From Cyanophora paradoxa CCMP329 (lineage: Eukaryota > Plantae > Glaucophyta), in assembly GCA_004431415.1 (NCBI GenBank), contig QPMI01000496.1:372001-436000 (forward strand): DNA of 64,000 bases, read 5' to 3'. Below, in pieces: positions 1-11,852 of the stretch (position 1 is the first letter of the stretch; every line of letters begins with the position of its first letter). Position numbers and translations under genes: made by a program. A model generated the notes under the pieces. It worked only from the letters and a program-made list of their open reading frames with translations. It was not told the DNA's origin and did not search any database.

Positions 1-3000
1 GCTCTCGATGGAGCTGCGGAGGGTGACTTTCGTCTATGTTCGCATCGACGGCTTCTCCTCAACTGCGCTCGAGTCGCTAGCTATAGGCGACGAGCTCCCC
101 CGCGAAATGGCGCGCGCGCAATGTCACGATTCACATATGCATTGTTAATGGTTGATTTATCTCGCAAAACTATTACTAACTGTGATTGTCCGACAGCTTC
201 AATACTTGTTGCGGTGCACGCGGATCGTGCATAATGCAGTCGAGGGAGCCGGCGGCGTCATTCGCGGCCGCTTCGTTGAGCAAGGAGACCTCTGCGTGCG
301 TCGATTTGCGCGTCTTGCATCTCTAGCTAGATCTGGATCCGGATCTGATCGTACGCGCGCGTTTACATTAATATGCGTCCCTCTACTACGAATACGTATG
401 TTTGTCCACGCAGTGTTTGTGCACGGTTCGCATACGATGCACTTCTTTAAATCATTTTTGAATTCTCGCCGTTGCAAAATCTTCGGTTACAACTGTTCGT
501 AAATTTGATATGCGGTCCTATCTGCTGCAGTGGGGCGCAATCGGGTTGGAGGCGAGCGACGAGGATATCTGCCGGGCAGCCTTGGCGGCGCTGCGCATAC
601 GGGACAGCTTTGCCGCCGACAGGCTGGGGAACGCGTCCATCGGCATCGCTACAGGCCCTGTATTCGTGGGCCTGGTGGGGGATCCTTCACGTGCTGAGTT
701 CACTTGCGTGGGGCGGTGCGTGCACCTCGCCACATCAATTATATTCGTTTGCATATATATACATATGCATACGCATGCATATGCAAGTTTCGTACATGCG
801 CTATATATATACATGCATGCGCATATCATACTAGCTATAGTATGCATGCACCGGTAGCCCCGTACGCGTGGCTCACGTGTGAATTCGCACAGAGCGTGCA
901 CCTTCGCTTCTCGCCTGATGCGGGCCGCGGGCGGCGCCGTGTGGGTCGACGCCGAGACCGCTCGCGCTCTCGCGACATCGACGAATAAGCGTCTTGCTAC
1001 GGAGGTGCTTTCCGAGTTCTAAATGACCTATTTCAATGTTGTTTTATAATGAAACATTTTCGCGAAGGAGGTGGAAGTACCAGCAGATCTAGATCTCGAT
1101 CGCGACTTCGAATTCGAATTCCAAGGACAATCTAGGCCTGGCCCTACCCTGTCGCAGTGTTTCCGCTTGCTTGACGACTCGGCGCAATCGCTGCGGCTTC
1201 GAACCCACTGCCCCAACTCCCGGATTCTTTCAAACCTCCTGTCTGCCCTCGTTGAGCGCTCGTCGGCATCATCAGAAGCAGCGGCGTCTTCGGGGAGCGA
1301 ATGCCCTAGGTCTGCCGCGATTTCGAACGTAAACTCGACTGGCTTTGCATGCGGTGTCGAACACGATGACAGCGAGACCCGCGAGGCTCTGCAGGTGCTC
1401 GTTATTATGAATTATACATACTATAGCTACCAATAACACAATAAAAGAATCCGTTTACGCGCTTTGCGAACACCCAATCGCAAAGTATCGATAAATACGT
1501 ATAGATCAACTCAGCTTCAGCTGCAGGTGGCTGCCGCTTCACCCGAGAGTCTCGTCTCTGGGCGGCGGGAGGCCCTCAAGAATATAGTCGATTTGCTCGT
1601 AGCTGCGCGCGGTAGGGCCGAGGGCTTCACTGTCTTTCTCGAGGGCGGCCCTGGCCAAGGGTGCGTGCCGCACTGCGGCAGGGAATTTCTGCAGCTGCTT
1701 TTCCGCTATACCTCGAGCTCGTTATCACTTCGCGACTTGTTGACGAATTGCATTGCTGACAGAAAAACGGTGCTCATGCACGAGGCGGAACGGCTGGCTG
1801 CAATCGCCAGCGTGCCAATTCTGAGCGTGAAGGTGGATCCTAAGGAGCTGTTCCCTTTCGAGGCAATCCGACAGGTCAGCACCATCCGTCCACTCGCCGA
1901 GCGAAGTTAACATCGCGAGCGCAGCTGCTGCTGCTGCTCGTGCAATCGGGAAGACCCAAGGAGGCGGAAGCCAAGGCCGCAACAGAGATGGAAACAAACA
2001 CTGCACCCATGGCCAATTGCAATGCCGACACACGCGCCGATCGCCTCGAGCTCCTGGCCGTCCCAAGGACCACGTGCACGTCCATGGCCAGCAGTCACGG
2101 CACCTCAAGCTCAGCGCCAGCCTCTCGGTCGCGGCTGCCGCCACTTTCTAGCCTCGAGATCGCAGAGCCGCCGGAAGAGTCTCTGGGCATGGGCCTCGCC
2201 GCGACCCTCACATGGGGCGCGTCCAACTCAAAATGCGCCGCGGCCGCAGAACTAGAGATGCCGAGCTTGTCCCTCCCCCCGCCCGCGAGCGACGTGACAT
2301 TGGTTAGCCTGGAGACATCCGAGCAGCGCGCAATCCACGACCAGCTGCAGGAGCCGGCAGTCACCCCGCGGCCGCCGGCACCGGCGCCAGCATGGACTAA
2401 AGACAGCCTCGAGGCATCTGGGTCATCTCAATTGCAATCTCGCATAGTTCTCGACCCCATGAAGCTTCAGGCTGCGGACGCGTACGCCGACGCGTTCGGT
2501 CGCGTGGAGGCCGACGTGAAGGTGTTCGTACGGGCCATTGACCCGCTGCTCGCGACGCACTCCAACATCACGCTCTTGACCCGACTCTTGGCTGACGCCA
2601 CGTTCTTCCCCTCTACGAAGTCTCACAACTCCGGCTCGCCGGCCGGCTCTGGTCCACCCTCGCGATCGGAATCCTTCGGCGCTGGCGCAATCCCTCGCGA
2701 TCGCTCCGGCCGCGCGAGCTTCCGCCTGGGCTCCATATCTTCAACGCGATCGTCCGAATTCGAAGACCTCTCATGTCCGGCCTGTTCGCTCGTGGACTGT
2801 CCTGCGGAGAACGGTTCACAAGCGCAGCGCCTCAACGTCATCCTTTCTGCTCTTTTGGGAGCCGCTCTGCGTCGCCTGGGGGCGGTCCTTCTTGTCGAAG
2901 ATCTGTGCGTAAATGGACTAGAGTCACGTTCGGTTCGAATCCGGCTCATGATTGGCCGTTTACGTAGCCATGCCCTCGATGCGCCTTCCATGAAAATTGT

Positions 3001-6000
3001 GGCCTCCATCGCAATGTCCAGGCACGCCTCTGAAGATTCCCCCAAATTTGAATTCATTTCGCGATCGAACCCGGCCGTGCCGAATTCTGATCACGATGAT
3101 CCGTCGCGTCGCCTAGCTCGGCTAGCGCTTGCGTTCTCCTCGCCTCGCGCCCCGTCCCGGAGCACACGGTACCGAGAACATCCTTCCTGCAACTAGTGAC
3201 CATGGCGACTGCTGCAGCTGATGGGATTTGCAGGTGTGCGCCGAATTCGCGGCTTTGCGCCGCAGCGTCCAGGGGCGAGTCCGCGTTGTGCCCCTCGCGC
3301 CTCTACAGTCCGTTGGTGAGTAAGCATGCGCGCATTGTGCACGCCGACATGTACATGTCATTATAATTATACAATTATCATTTTCTATATCCTCATGATC
3401 ACATTTAATCATATATATTTACATTGCTGCAGAGGAGGTGAGGGCGTACGTCGCGTTTGTCCTCCAGGTGCGGGGGAGCGGCGTCTCCGATTGGCTGGTC
3501 CGCCGCCTTTTGGAAAAGGTTTGCGTGCTCGATCCCGCATCTCGTTCCTTCGAATTCCGTGTCCAACCGGCCCCATTCAGAGCGGCGGAAGCCCGTACGC
3601 TCTGCGCGAAATGGCACTGCATCTCCTCCGCTGCCGCCTAATCGAGGTGAGTTTGATTACTGTTGCAATTTTCTGAAACTCGTTACAATTGCAACGCTGC
3701 AACGAAACTCTCTTAGGTGGACAACGGCCGCGTTTTGGCCGGGCTTTCAATGCTGGTCTCAAATTCGCGATCGCGATCGGGTTCCTATGACGGATCCGGA
3801 TCCGGATCTGCGGATCAGGAATATGCCTCCGTCGACATCGGCCGTGATCATGATCAACCGCAACCCAACGTTTCCCTGCCGAATCTCGAGGAGGAAAACC
3901 GCCCCGAGTTTCCCATCCCAGATTCGCTCCGCGCCGTGGCCGTGCTTTCGCAGCTCGACCGAGTGCCACCCGTGCCCACCCTCGTCCTCAAGCTCTGCTC
4001 GGCTCTCGGGCCCCGCTTCGAGGCCGGTCTCATCATGTTTGCCGTCGAAGGGGCTGTCCCTTGGCGCTCAGCCGCCGCCTCCATCCAAGTGCGAAGACGA
4101 CTCGACAGGCAGTACCCGCATTAGTAAGCCAACGAGACCTGACACTTTCCGCAGGTGTTGGAGCGGCACGGTTTGCTCTCGCGTGTGACGGTGCCCGGCG
4201 GCCTCCACGAGTACCTGTTCACGCAGCCCGCCCACGCCGAGGTCCTCCGCACCGTCATCTCCAAGACCGAGTGCGTTCGAATTCGAGCCGGATCGATGCC
4301 GTTCGAATTGATCATAATCGCCGGCGCCGCGCGCATTCGCAGCCTTGGCATTATCGCCGGGCGCTGCGCCAAGTACCTCGCTCGCACTGCACTACGCCGC
4401 AACAAGGCCATCGCCCAATCAGTGCATTTTTGAGTATTTCAATTATGGAGCCGGCTCGCTTCTAACGCCTGCGCCGACACTGGGACCGCGTCCGTTAGAT
4501 TGCGCGCCACTACAGCGCCGCGGGAGCTGCCGAAGCTGCAAGCCCGTACCTGGACGTGGCAATCGCTGTCGCCATCGAAGAAGGCCGCTACCAAGATGCA
4601 TGCGACAATGGTAAGATCGATATCGACGCAGCGTTGTTCATGCTTGCAATTGCGAATTTTCTATGCATCTGAATCTCTCGGTTTCGCGTGTTTGCGCAGC
4701 GGACGAGGCGTTGGCCGCCAGCTATGGCAAATCACTCCAAACACTGACGCCGCTCTCGCCGCGGGGGGCGACGGCCAGCGCAAGCGAGGACGCTGGCTGG
4801 GCCACTGCCACCGCCCGCCGCTGGCAGCTGCACGCCCGTGCCTGCTACGCCCTGGGGCGCGCGACGCAAGCTTTGCACTCCGCCGAGCAGTGTTTGAGGA
4901 TTCTGGGGCATCCAACGGCCGAGGACGAGCCTCCTTCGACGCTTGCCGTCCTCGCATCGCTGCTACGAGCCGCCCTAACGCGGCCCAAGCTGAGAATAGC
5001 GCGCGCACGCCTGAACGAGTGGGGCGACCGCGACTCGCTGGAATCCGCCCTTGCGGAGAACTCGGCGCCTGATGCCGACGCCCGTTCCCTCATCCTCGTC
5101 CGCGCTCTCTGCGTTTACGTTCCGCTCCTTCGCCACGCCGGCGATTCCTCCTCGGCGGCTTTCTACGGTCGGTCGTTTCCAAAGTTCTCGTATACGTATT
5201 TCAGACGCGCCGATCGATGAGTACTCAACGTGTGATTTCTTTCTACTTCTGCAGCGGTGCGGATGCTGAAGGCGGCCGAGCGCTTCCAGTACCGGCACCA
5301 GCTCGATTTCGCCGAGGCCTTTGCTGTCGCCTCTGCCTCCCTCTTCGTGCGTGCACATGGTCATGATCGCAAGGCGACAGCAAATATATAATATATAAAC
5401 CTTGACTGCGCATGTAGAGCATGGGCCTTGGAGGCGCGCGGGCGGCGGAGAGGATGCTGGCGCTCTCGACAACGGCCGCCGCCGCAGCATGTCGCGTCTC
5501 CGGTGCCTGCATCGCTGCACAGGTGCGCCACGTGCACCGCGCTTTGACTGCGCACGGCACGTTTAAGCAAATGATTAAAGTGCACCGCACGCGCAGGTCA
5601 CTGCTGACGTTCTCTCTGCGCGCTTTCGGGAAGCCGATTCGGCGGCCCGCTCGGAGAGCTCTCGGGTGCGATTTCAACTGCCACAAACTTAATTTAATTT
5701 ATTCGGAGAAGTCTCTGAAGCCGGGCACGGGCAGCTGCGGTCGACAGGGGACATGCGGGCTCTCGGGGAGGTTTTGGCCGTCCAGGGCGCCTCGCACCTC
5801 CTCCGCGGGAATGAGGCCGAGGCTGAGAGGCTCTTCCACGCTCTGGTTCGCTTGAACTGAAGTCTTCCGCCATTTTGCCGGGCGCGCACTGATCACGAGC
5901 GTCTCGCAGACTCGCCAGGCGCGGCGGGACGGCAATGGCCAGCAGCTTCTCTGGGGCCTCGTCGGCCTGGCCTCGGCCCACTTGCAGCTGCTCCACAAGC

Positions 6001-7094
6001 GCCACGTCAAGACGCTTGGATCCGTTAACGTTGGCGCGGCGGCGAGCTCGGCAGTGGCAGCGGCCGCCACGAATCCGGATCCGGACCGCCTTCGCTCGAC
6101 TTCCAATCTGACGTCGATGCTTCGCGAGGCGCGTGCGGCCTTCGCTGAGGACCGGTTCCCCCTCGAGGCCATCCTGGTTGCTTCGGCCTTCGCCCGCGTC
6201 CACCTCGCCGAAGGCCGCCTGGAGGAGGCCGAGGCGGAAGCCATGGCGGGCGTCGAAGCCCTCCGCCGGCACGCCCGCCGCCGCGTGCCGGCCGGGGCCC
6301 GCATCCCGCACCTCGCCCTCGCCCTCGTGCCCCTCTGCCTCCTCGCCGACGCCCTCGCCGACCTCCTCGCGGGGGGGTACTCCGAGCGCTTCGCGGTGCA
6401 GGCGGTCCGCCGCAAAGCCTCGCGCCGCTCCCTCGCGTACGGCGGGCCCCTGCTGTCGTCTTTCGCTGAGCGGCACTTGAAAGCGGTGGCGGCGGACTAC
6501 GGCGAGACGGAGGCCGGCTGGGCCCGCTGCCTGCGGGGGGCGCTCCGGGACGTGCTCGACGCGCTCGCGGCGGGAGCCGCCCGCAGCGCGGCGGCGGCGG
6601 CGACGAGCGCCCTGTACGAGGGCCGCTGGCAGGCCCTCTCCGGCTCGCCCCGCCGCGCCCAGGCCCAGTTCGAGCGCGCCTTCGCCCTCGCCCGCGCCTC
6701 TGGAGTGCTCTCCATTGCGGAGCGGGCGTCCGAGCTCGGCAAGCTCGGACCGGGGCGCGTCGCGATCGACATCGAAGTCGGAGGCGGAGAGAGCTCGAAG
6801 GGGCCGCTTCAAAGCGGAACCGCGGAGCCCTCTGGGTTCGCGGGGCCCGTAGAGGGTCGGGCCATCGAGCTCGAGGCCGCGGGCAAATGGGTACAGGATC
6901 CGGATCCAGACCCGGACCCGGAGGCTCGCCCCGCCTCTCCCAGCGACCTCGGCGTGGGTCCTCTGGCGCCTGTTGTGTTCAGCCTCTCCACGGGCTCGAA
7001 GTCCCCCGATATGAGCCCGATCTCCACCGCGATGTCACCTGCAGGCGCCGACTCATCCAACTGGCCGTCTCCTAAGAAGGCGGCCAGGTCATGA
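1..7094 (+). CDS. ADCY10/soluble adenylate cyclase-like protein: class III cyclase domain (C2-like, degenerate) + STAND P-loop ATPase + helical/TPR-like C-terminus; multi-exon, 5' end outside window
   Basis: Spliced peptides LSMELRRVTFVYVRIDG, SIGIATGPVFVGLVGDPSRAEFTCVG and FASRLMRAAGGAVWVDAET match the sAC C2 pattern (ELRxVT..SIGVASGxVFCGxVG...HEYTVIG..AARMM). Walker A GGPGQG|KT is split by the intron at about 1661-1762 and Walker B VLLVEDL|H by intron 2905-2967. An Ala/Leu-rich helical tail ends at TGA 7092-7094. Confidence 0.8.
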
Positions 7095-7962
7095 TCATGA
7101 TGCTTCGCCGCACGCTTAATTATAAGCTTGATCATACATATGGCTCAGTGATATCGATCGACCTGGGACTTGAACTCGGAGTCGTTTCGCTAGGTTTCCG
7201 TTTACTTTTGATTTATCTTTCTTGAAATTACTTGCAATTGATCATGATCGTGAGCCTCGGAGGCTTCAGTTGCAAGCTTGCAAGTCGGCTTCAACTTGGC
7301 AAATCACGATCGCGCGCTAAAAGCTTGAGCTTTACTTTCATATCTAGATTATTTCCTGTTTCTTCAGAGATCTAGCTATAGCTTGAGACAACCTGAGAGT
7401 ATTGTGCATGTATATTACGTACAGGCTTATAATTAGGTCACCGGGTATATATATATATATAAATACGTAGCATGTCGTTCTAGCGAGATCTATATCGTAG
7501 TATGTAGTGGCCGCTTCGAATTCGAAAGCCGATATAGCAGGTAGGTAGCCTATATAGCTAGTAGCGGCCGCGGGTAGCAAGCCTTCGAATTCAATTTTTC
7601 AAAGTTTTGACGTCGACTGCTTTACTTATTTTCAGTGAATACGTACTACCGTAGTACGGTATACGTACCGTGGTAATGGCCACGGCCTCAAAGCTTATAA
7701 TTAATTACACATGTACATCTTGAAATAGATCTTCGAATTCCTCCTTTTAAGATCTTCGAATATATCAATTTTGAAATAGTCCGAGGCTTACGTGCACGGC
7801 GAGGCGTGTCGCGTTGCTGTACATGTACATGTGCTTGCAATTGAAAATTAAGGCCAGCCGCTGAGCTAGCGCTAGATCCTTAAAGGCTCAAGGGAGCGTC
7901 GATGCCATGATATCGATGTCCCGGCGCATCTTGGGGGCCTAGACCTGGACGTGATCATGAGG

Positions 7963-7997
7963 CCGCCGGGCCGGCCGCCCGGCGGCCGGCCCGGCGG
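7963..7997. repeat. Perfect GC-only inverted repeat (17-bp arms, 1-nt loop)
   Basis: ccgccgggccggccgcc (7963-7979) + c + ggcggccggcccggcgg (7981-7997), which is its exact reverse complement. Confidence 0.9.
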
Positions 7998-8153
7998 GCG
8001 CCTTGATGAGGAGGCCATTGAGCTCGAGCTTGAGCTCACTGCGGCATGCACACGCGGGACTCGGGAGTGGCCGGAATCGGATCCGGAGGACCTTCGAGCT
8101 CGAGTCGGATATCGGCGATATATACATATCGATGGCCCGGGTGATCATCAGGA

Positions 8154-8228
8154 AGGGGGAGGGAGGCCGGGGGGGAGGGGGAGGGAGGGGCCGGGGGCCC
8201 GGGGGAGGGGGCCGGGGGCGCGGGGGGG
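8154..8228 (+). other. G-run tract with G-quadruplex potential
   Basis: About ten runs of 3 or more G with short spacers in intergenic DNA. Confidence 0.6.
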
Positions 8229-9217
8229 CGCATGCGGGTACCAGTGAGATATCGATCCGGAGCTGGGTCGGGTTAATTATAACTTAGTAACAATGGGACG
8301 CGGCCGGGCCGGGGGACTCGGCGGGGAGAGGTCCATCATGGCATGGGGGGCACGTGCACGAGCATCCACGTACGGTTCCAGCGTCGCGCGCGCGCAGCCC
8401 GGCGCCGGCGGCCGGCGGATCGAGCCTCAGAGCTCGCGATCGTAGATCTAGAGCCGCTGAGCTGGCAATCTAGCGCTAGCTGTAGAGCCGGCGCCTCGCA
8501 GCTAGGTCGACGTCGACGTCAACGTTAATACGTATACTATGATACGGCCGCGGCCGGCTCGATCTCGAGCCGCTCGAACCGTTCCGAGCCGGCGCTACGC
8601 GCGCTTCAGCTTGCGAGTACTACTAGTTGCAGCTTGCAGCCAACAGCACTAGCTAGCACTAGTACTAGTCGCGTCTCAGTGCACAGCACCGTGTGAGTGC
8701 GAGAGCGAGTTGCACGCATCACAGCGATCGCGCGCGAGGAGCTCGCTCGAGCTCGCATCGCCGAGAGTCGTGCATGCGCATCGATATCCCCGCGAACGCC
8801 AGCTAGCGTACGTGGAGTCGCCGCGGACCGCTACGGGGGTACGGGGCTCCGCAGGGGTACGGGCACCAGCGCGGACCGCTGCGAATTCGGACCGGCGCGC
8901 GGTTGAGAAGGCCCCGCGAAGTGTACCGGCAGGCGCTCATGAAGCTCATATGCGCGTCGACAAGCTCTCAAGCGGCTCGCCTTCGCGAAGGAGACGCGCA
9001 GCAAGCCCAGGAGCGACCACAGCAACCGACCCTGCAGCCGCGCTCCGCTCCACGTAGAAGCGAGAAGCTTCATCGTTTCGGCTCAGCCTTCGGCGCATCA
9101 GGCAGCCAGCAGGAGCAGAGAGCGCGCTTGAGAGCCCGGCTCAACGCCCAGCACTAGAGAGGAGCGACTGCCGCCTTCGGCCTGCTCAGCGAACGCTCGA
9201 CTAGCGTGAGCGCCGCT

Positions 9218-11556
9218 ATGGAGTTCGACGAGAATCCCGCTGTTGTCATCGACAACGGTTCCGGGCGCATCAAAGCGGGGTTTGCGACGGAGGAGGGCCC
9301 CCGCCTTGTCTTCAGCTCTTCCGTCGGCAGGCCCAAGCACCATCTGGGTTCGTCCGCCGCTGCCCCGCCCGCGCACATGTTTCCCGAGCTCACGCGGCGG
9401 TGCGGCAGCTATGGTCACGCACACCGTCTCAAACGTGCTCGTGGGCGACCACGCGGAGGAGAAGCGCGGCCTCCTCGCGCTCAACGTGAGCGCGCGGCGC
9501 ATTCCTTGCCGAGCGACCGCCGACGCCGCGCTGCCCCGCAGTATCCCGTGGAGCACGGAGTCATCACGAACTTCGATGACATGCAGCTGATCTGGCAGCA
9601 CACCTACGACCAGGTGAACGGGAAAGTCGAACCGCCCCTCCGCGCCAGCGCTGATGCGTTCTCTCGCGGCCCGCAGCTGCGCGTGGAGCCCTCGCGACAG
9701 CCGCTGCTACTTACGGAGGCCCCTCTGAATCCGCGGCAGGCGAGCGCGCCACCCCGCCCCGCCGCCGCGCGCGCCGCCCGCCTCCGGCTCACGCAGCGCC
9801 CGCCCGCCCGCCCGCCCGCAGAACCGCGAGAAGATGATCGAGCTCGCCTTCGAGTCGCTCAACGTGCCCGCGACCTACATCGCCGTGCAGGCCGTGCGCG
9901 CTCCCCGAGATCAAATCTCGGATCAAATGGTTTTTGAATCCCGGGCGCGTAGGTCCTGGCCCTCTTCTCGGGGGGCGATTGCGACGGCGTCGTCCTCGAC
10001 ATCGGGGACGGCGTTTCGCACGTCGTACCCATCATCGACGGGTACACCAAGAAGGCCGCGGTGCGCCTGGCTGCCCCCTCCTCTCCCCGCCCCGCGCCCC
10101 TCATTCCAGTCCTCAGGTTCGGCGGATGGATCTGGCGGGCCGGGACCTGACCGAGTACCTGAACGTTCTCCTCACGGAACGGGGGTACTCGTTCCGCACC
10201 ACCGCCGAGCGGGAGATCGTTCGCCGCCTTCCCCCCCCCACCCCCACCCTGCGTCTCCCTCGCTGATCCGCGTACCCCGGCAGGTGAAGCGCATCAAGGA
10301 GGAGATGTGCTTCGTGGCGCAGACGCGTGAGGAGTTTGAGCGCCTCTCCGAGCCCTCGGGGCGGTGCGCCGCCCTGTACCCCCCTCTCCTTCCCCCCCCT
10401 CCCAGAGCCTACAATGCCCCCGCCCGCCCCCGACCGGCCCCGGCGCCCGGCCCGCCCTTCGCCCCTCCCGCGCCGGCGCCGGCACCGGCCTCACGCCCCC
10501 CTCGCCACGCGCAGGGGCCTGGACCGGAATTACACGCTGCCCGACGGCTCCGTCATCTCCATCGGCTCCGAGCGCGTCCGGTGCGAGCGAGCGAGCGAAC
10601 GCCGCGTGGAGAGAGGGCCGCCGGCCGGCGCTCACTCCCGCGCCCCCCGCAGGTGCCCGGAGGCGCTGTTCGAGCCCGGGGCGATCGGGCTGGAGGAGAA
10701 GGGCATCCACCACCTCCTCAACGACTCGATCCGCGTGCGTCGGCACGCCCGGGCGGGCCGCAGCGAGGGGTAGCGCCCGTGCCGCCGGGATCTAGATCGG
10801 TAGATCGGTAGATCTAAGGGCGGCACGGAACGGGGCCAGTCTGACCGACGCGCCTCCAGGCGTGCGACGTGGACCTGCGGCGGAAGCTCTACGGAAACGT
10901 CCGCCTCTCCGGCGGCAGGCGCGCCAGTCCGAGCGCCCCTCAGCCCCCGCGCCGCCTCCGCTGAGGCCCTCCCCCCCTCAGCTGCATGTTCGGGACGCTG
11001 GACGAGCGGCTGCAGCACGAGCTGGTGAAGCTGGCGCCGCCGGACGCCAAGCGCGGCGTCCTCGTGCGCGGCGCCTTCGAGAACGGCGAGCTGCACCGCC
11101 GCCTCCGCCAGGTGCCGCCCCCGCCCCCCGGCCCCCGCACCGCGCAAGCCCGGCCTAGATCGCAACTCTAGAGCGCCCCGCGTCGGCCCCGCCCCCACCG
11201 GCCACCTCGCCTAGACCCAGAGCGCCCGCCCGCGCCGCCGGCCGCTGGCTGACGCCGGGGCCAGCACGCGGTGTTCATCGGGGGCGCCATCCTCGCCGGC
11301 ATCGCGACCTTCCAGTCCCAGTGGATCCGCAAGCGCGACTACGAGGAGGTGCGCGCCCCGCGGCGCCCCCGCCCGCCCCGCCCCGCCATCGAGGCGGAGA
11401 AAGCCCCTTCCATGCGCAACGGAGCTGATAGAGAGCGTCTGGAGCCGCGTGCTCGCTAGCGCTGCCTAGCCTCGGGGCGCAACGCACGCGCGGGCGCTCG
11501 CTGACGCCGGGGCTCCGCAGGAGGGCGCCCGAATCGTCCACAGGCGCTGCCTGTGA
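9218..11556 (+). CDS. Divergent actin / actin-related protein (Arp1- or actin-like), multi-exon
   Basis: Spliced motifs [107 protein letters not shown] and C-terminal [12 protein letters not shown]. Confidence 0.93.
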
Positions 11557-11852
11557 TCGCGCCGGCCGGCGGCCGATCCGCAGCGCTCGCGCGCGCGGGC
11601 GGGGTCCGGACATCGACTTCGCTGTATACGTGCAACTTGTCTTCGCGCCATATTTGAGAAGATCGAGGTGATGGCAACTCGCAATTTCATGTTAGATAGA
11701 TGCAAAAGTTGACTGTATTGGCCTTCTATTAAAATTTAACAAAATATGCGCACTCGCGATCGGTACCGTGCATCAACGCTCGCTGCGCGCCCTGTACCCC
11801 GCGCCCCCTTGGCCTGTACATCTTCCCCTCTAGATCTTAGCTACATCTAGAC

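Noticed and set aside
893-910. Apparent +1 frameshift (VHL to ASRL) suggesting a pseudogene
   Set aside because: Splicing 716-892 keeps the frame open (GRACTFASRLM).
7095-9200. CRISPR array, transposon or cloning-vector polylinker
   Set aside because: No regular repeat-spacer period, terminal repeats or transposase ORF, and the same palindromic texture recurs throughout introns and spacers, which argues against vector contamination.
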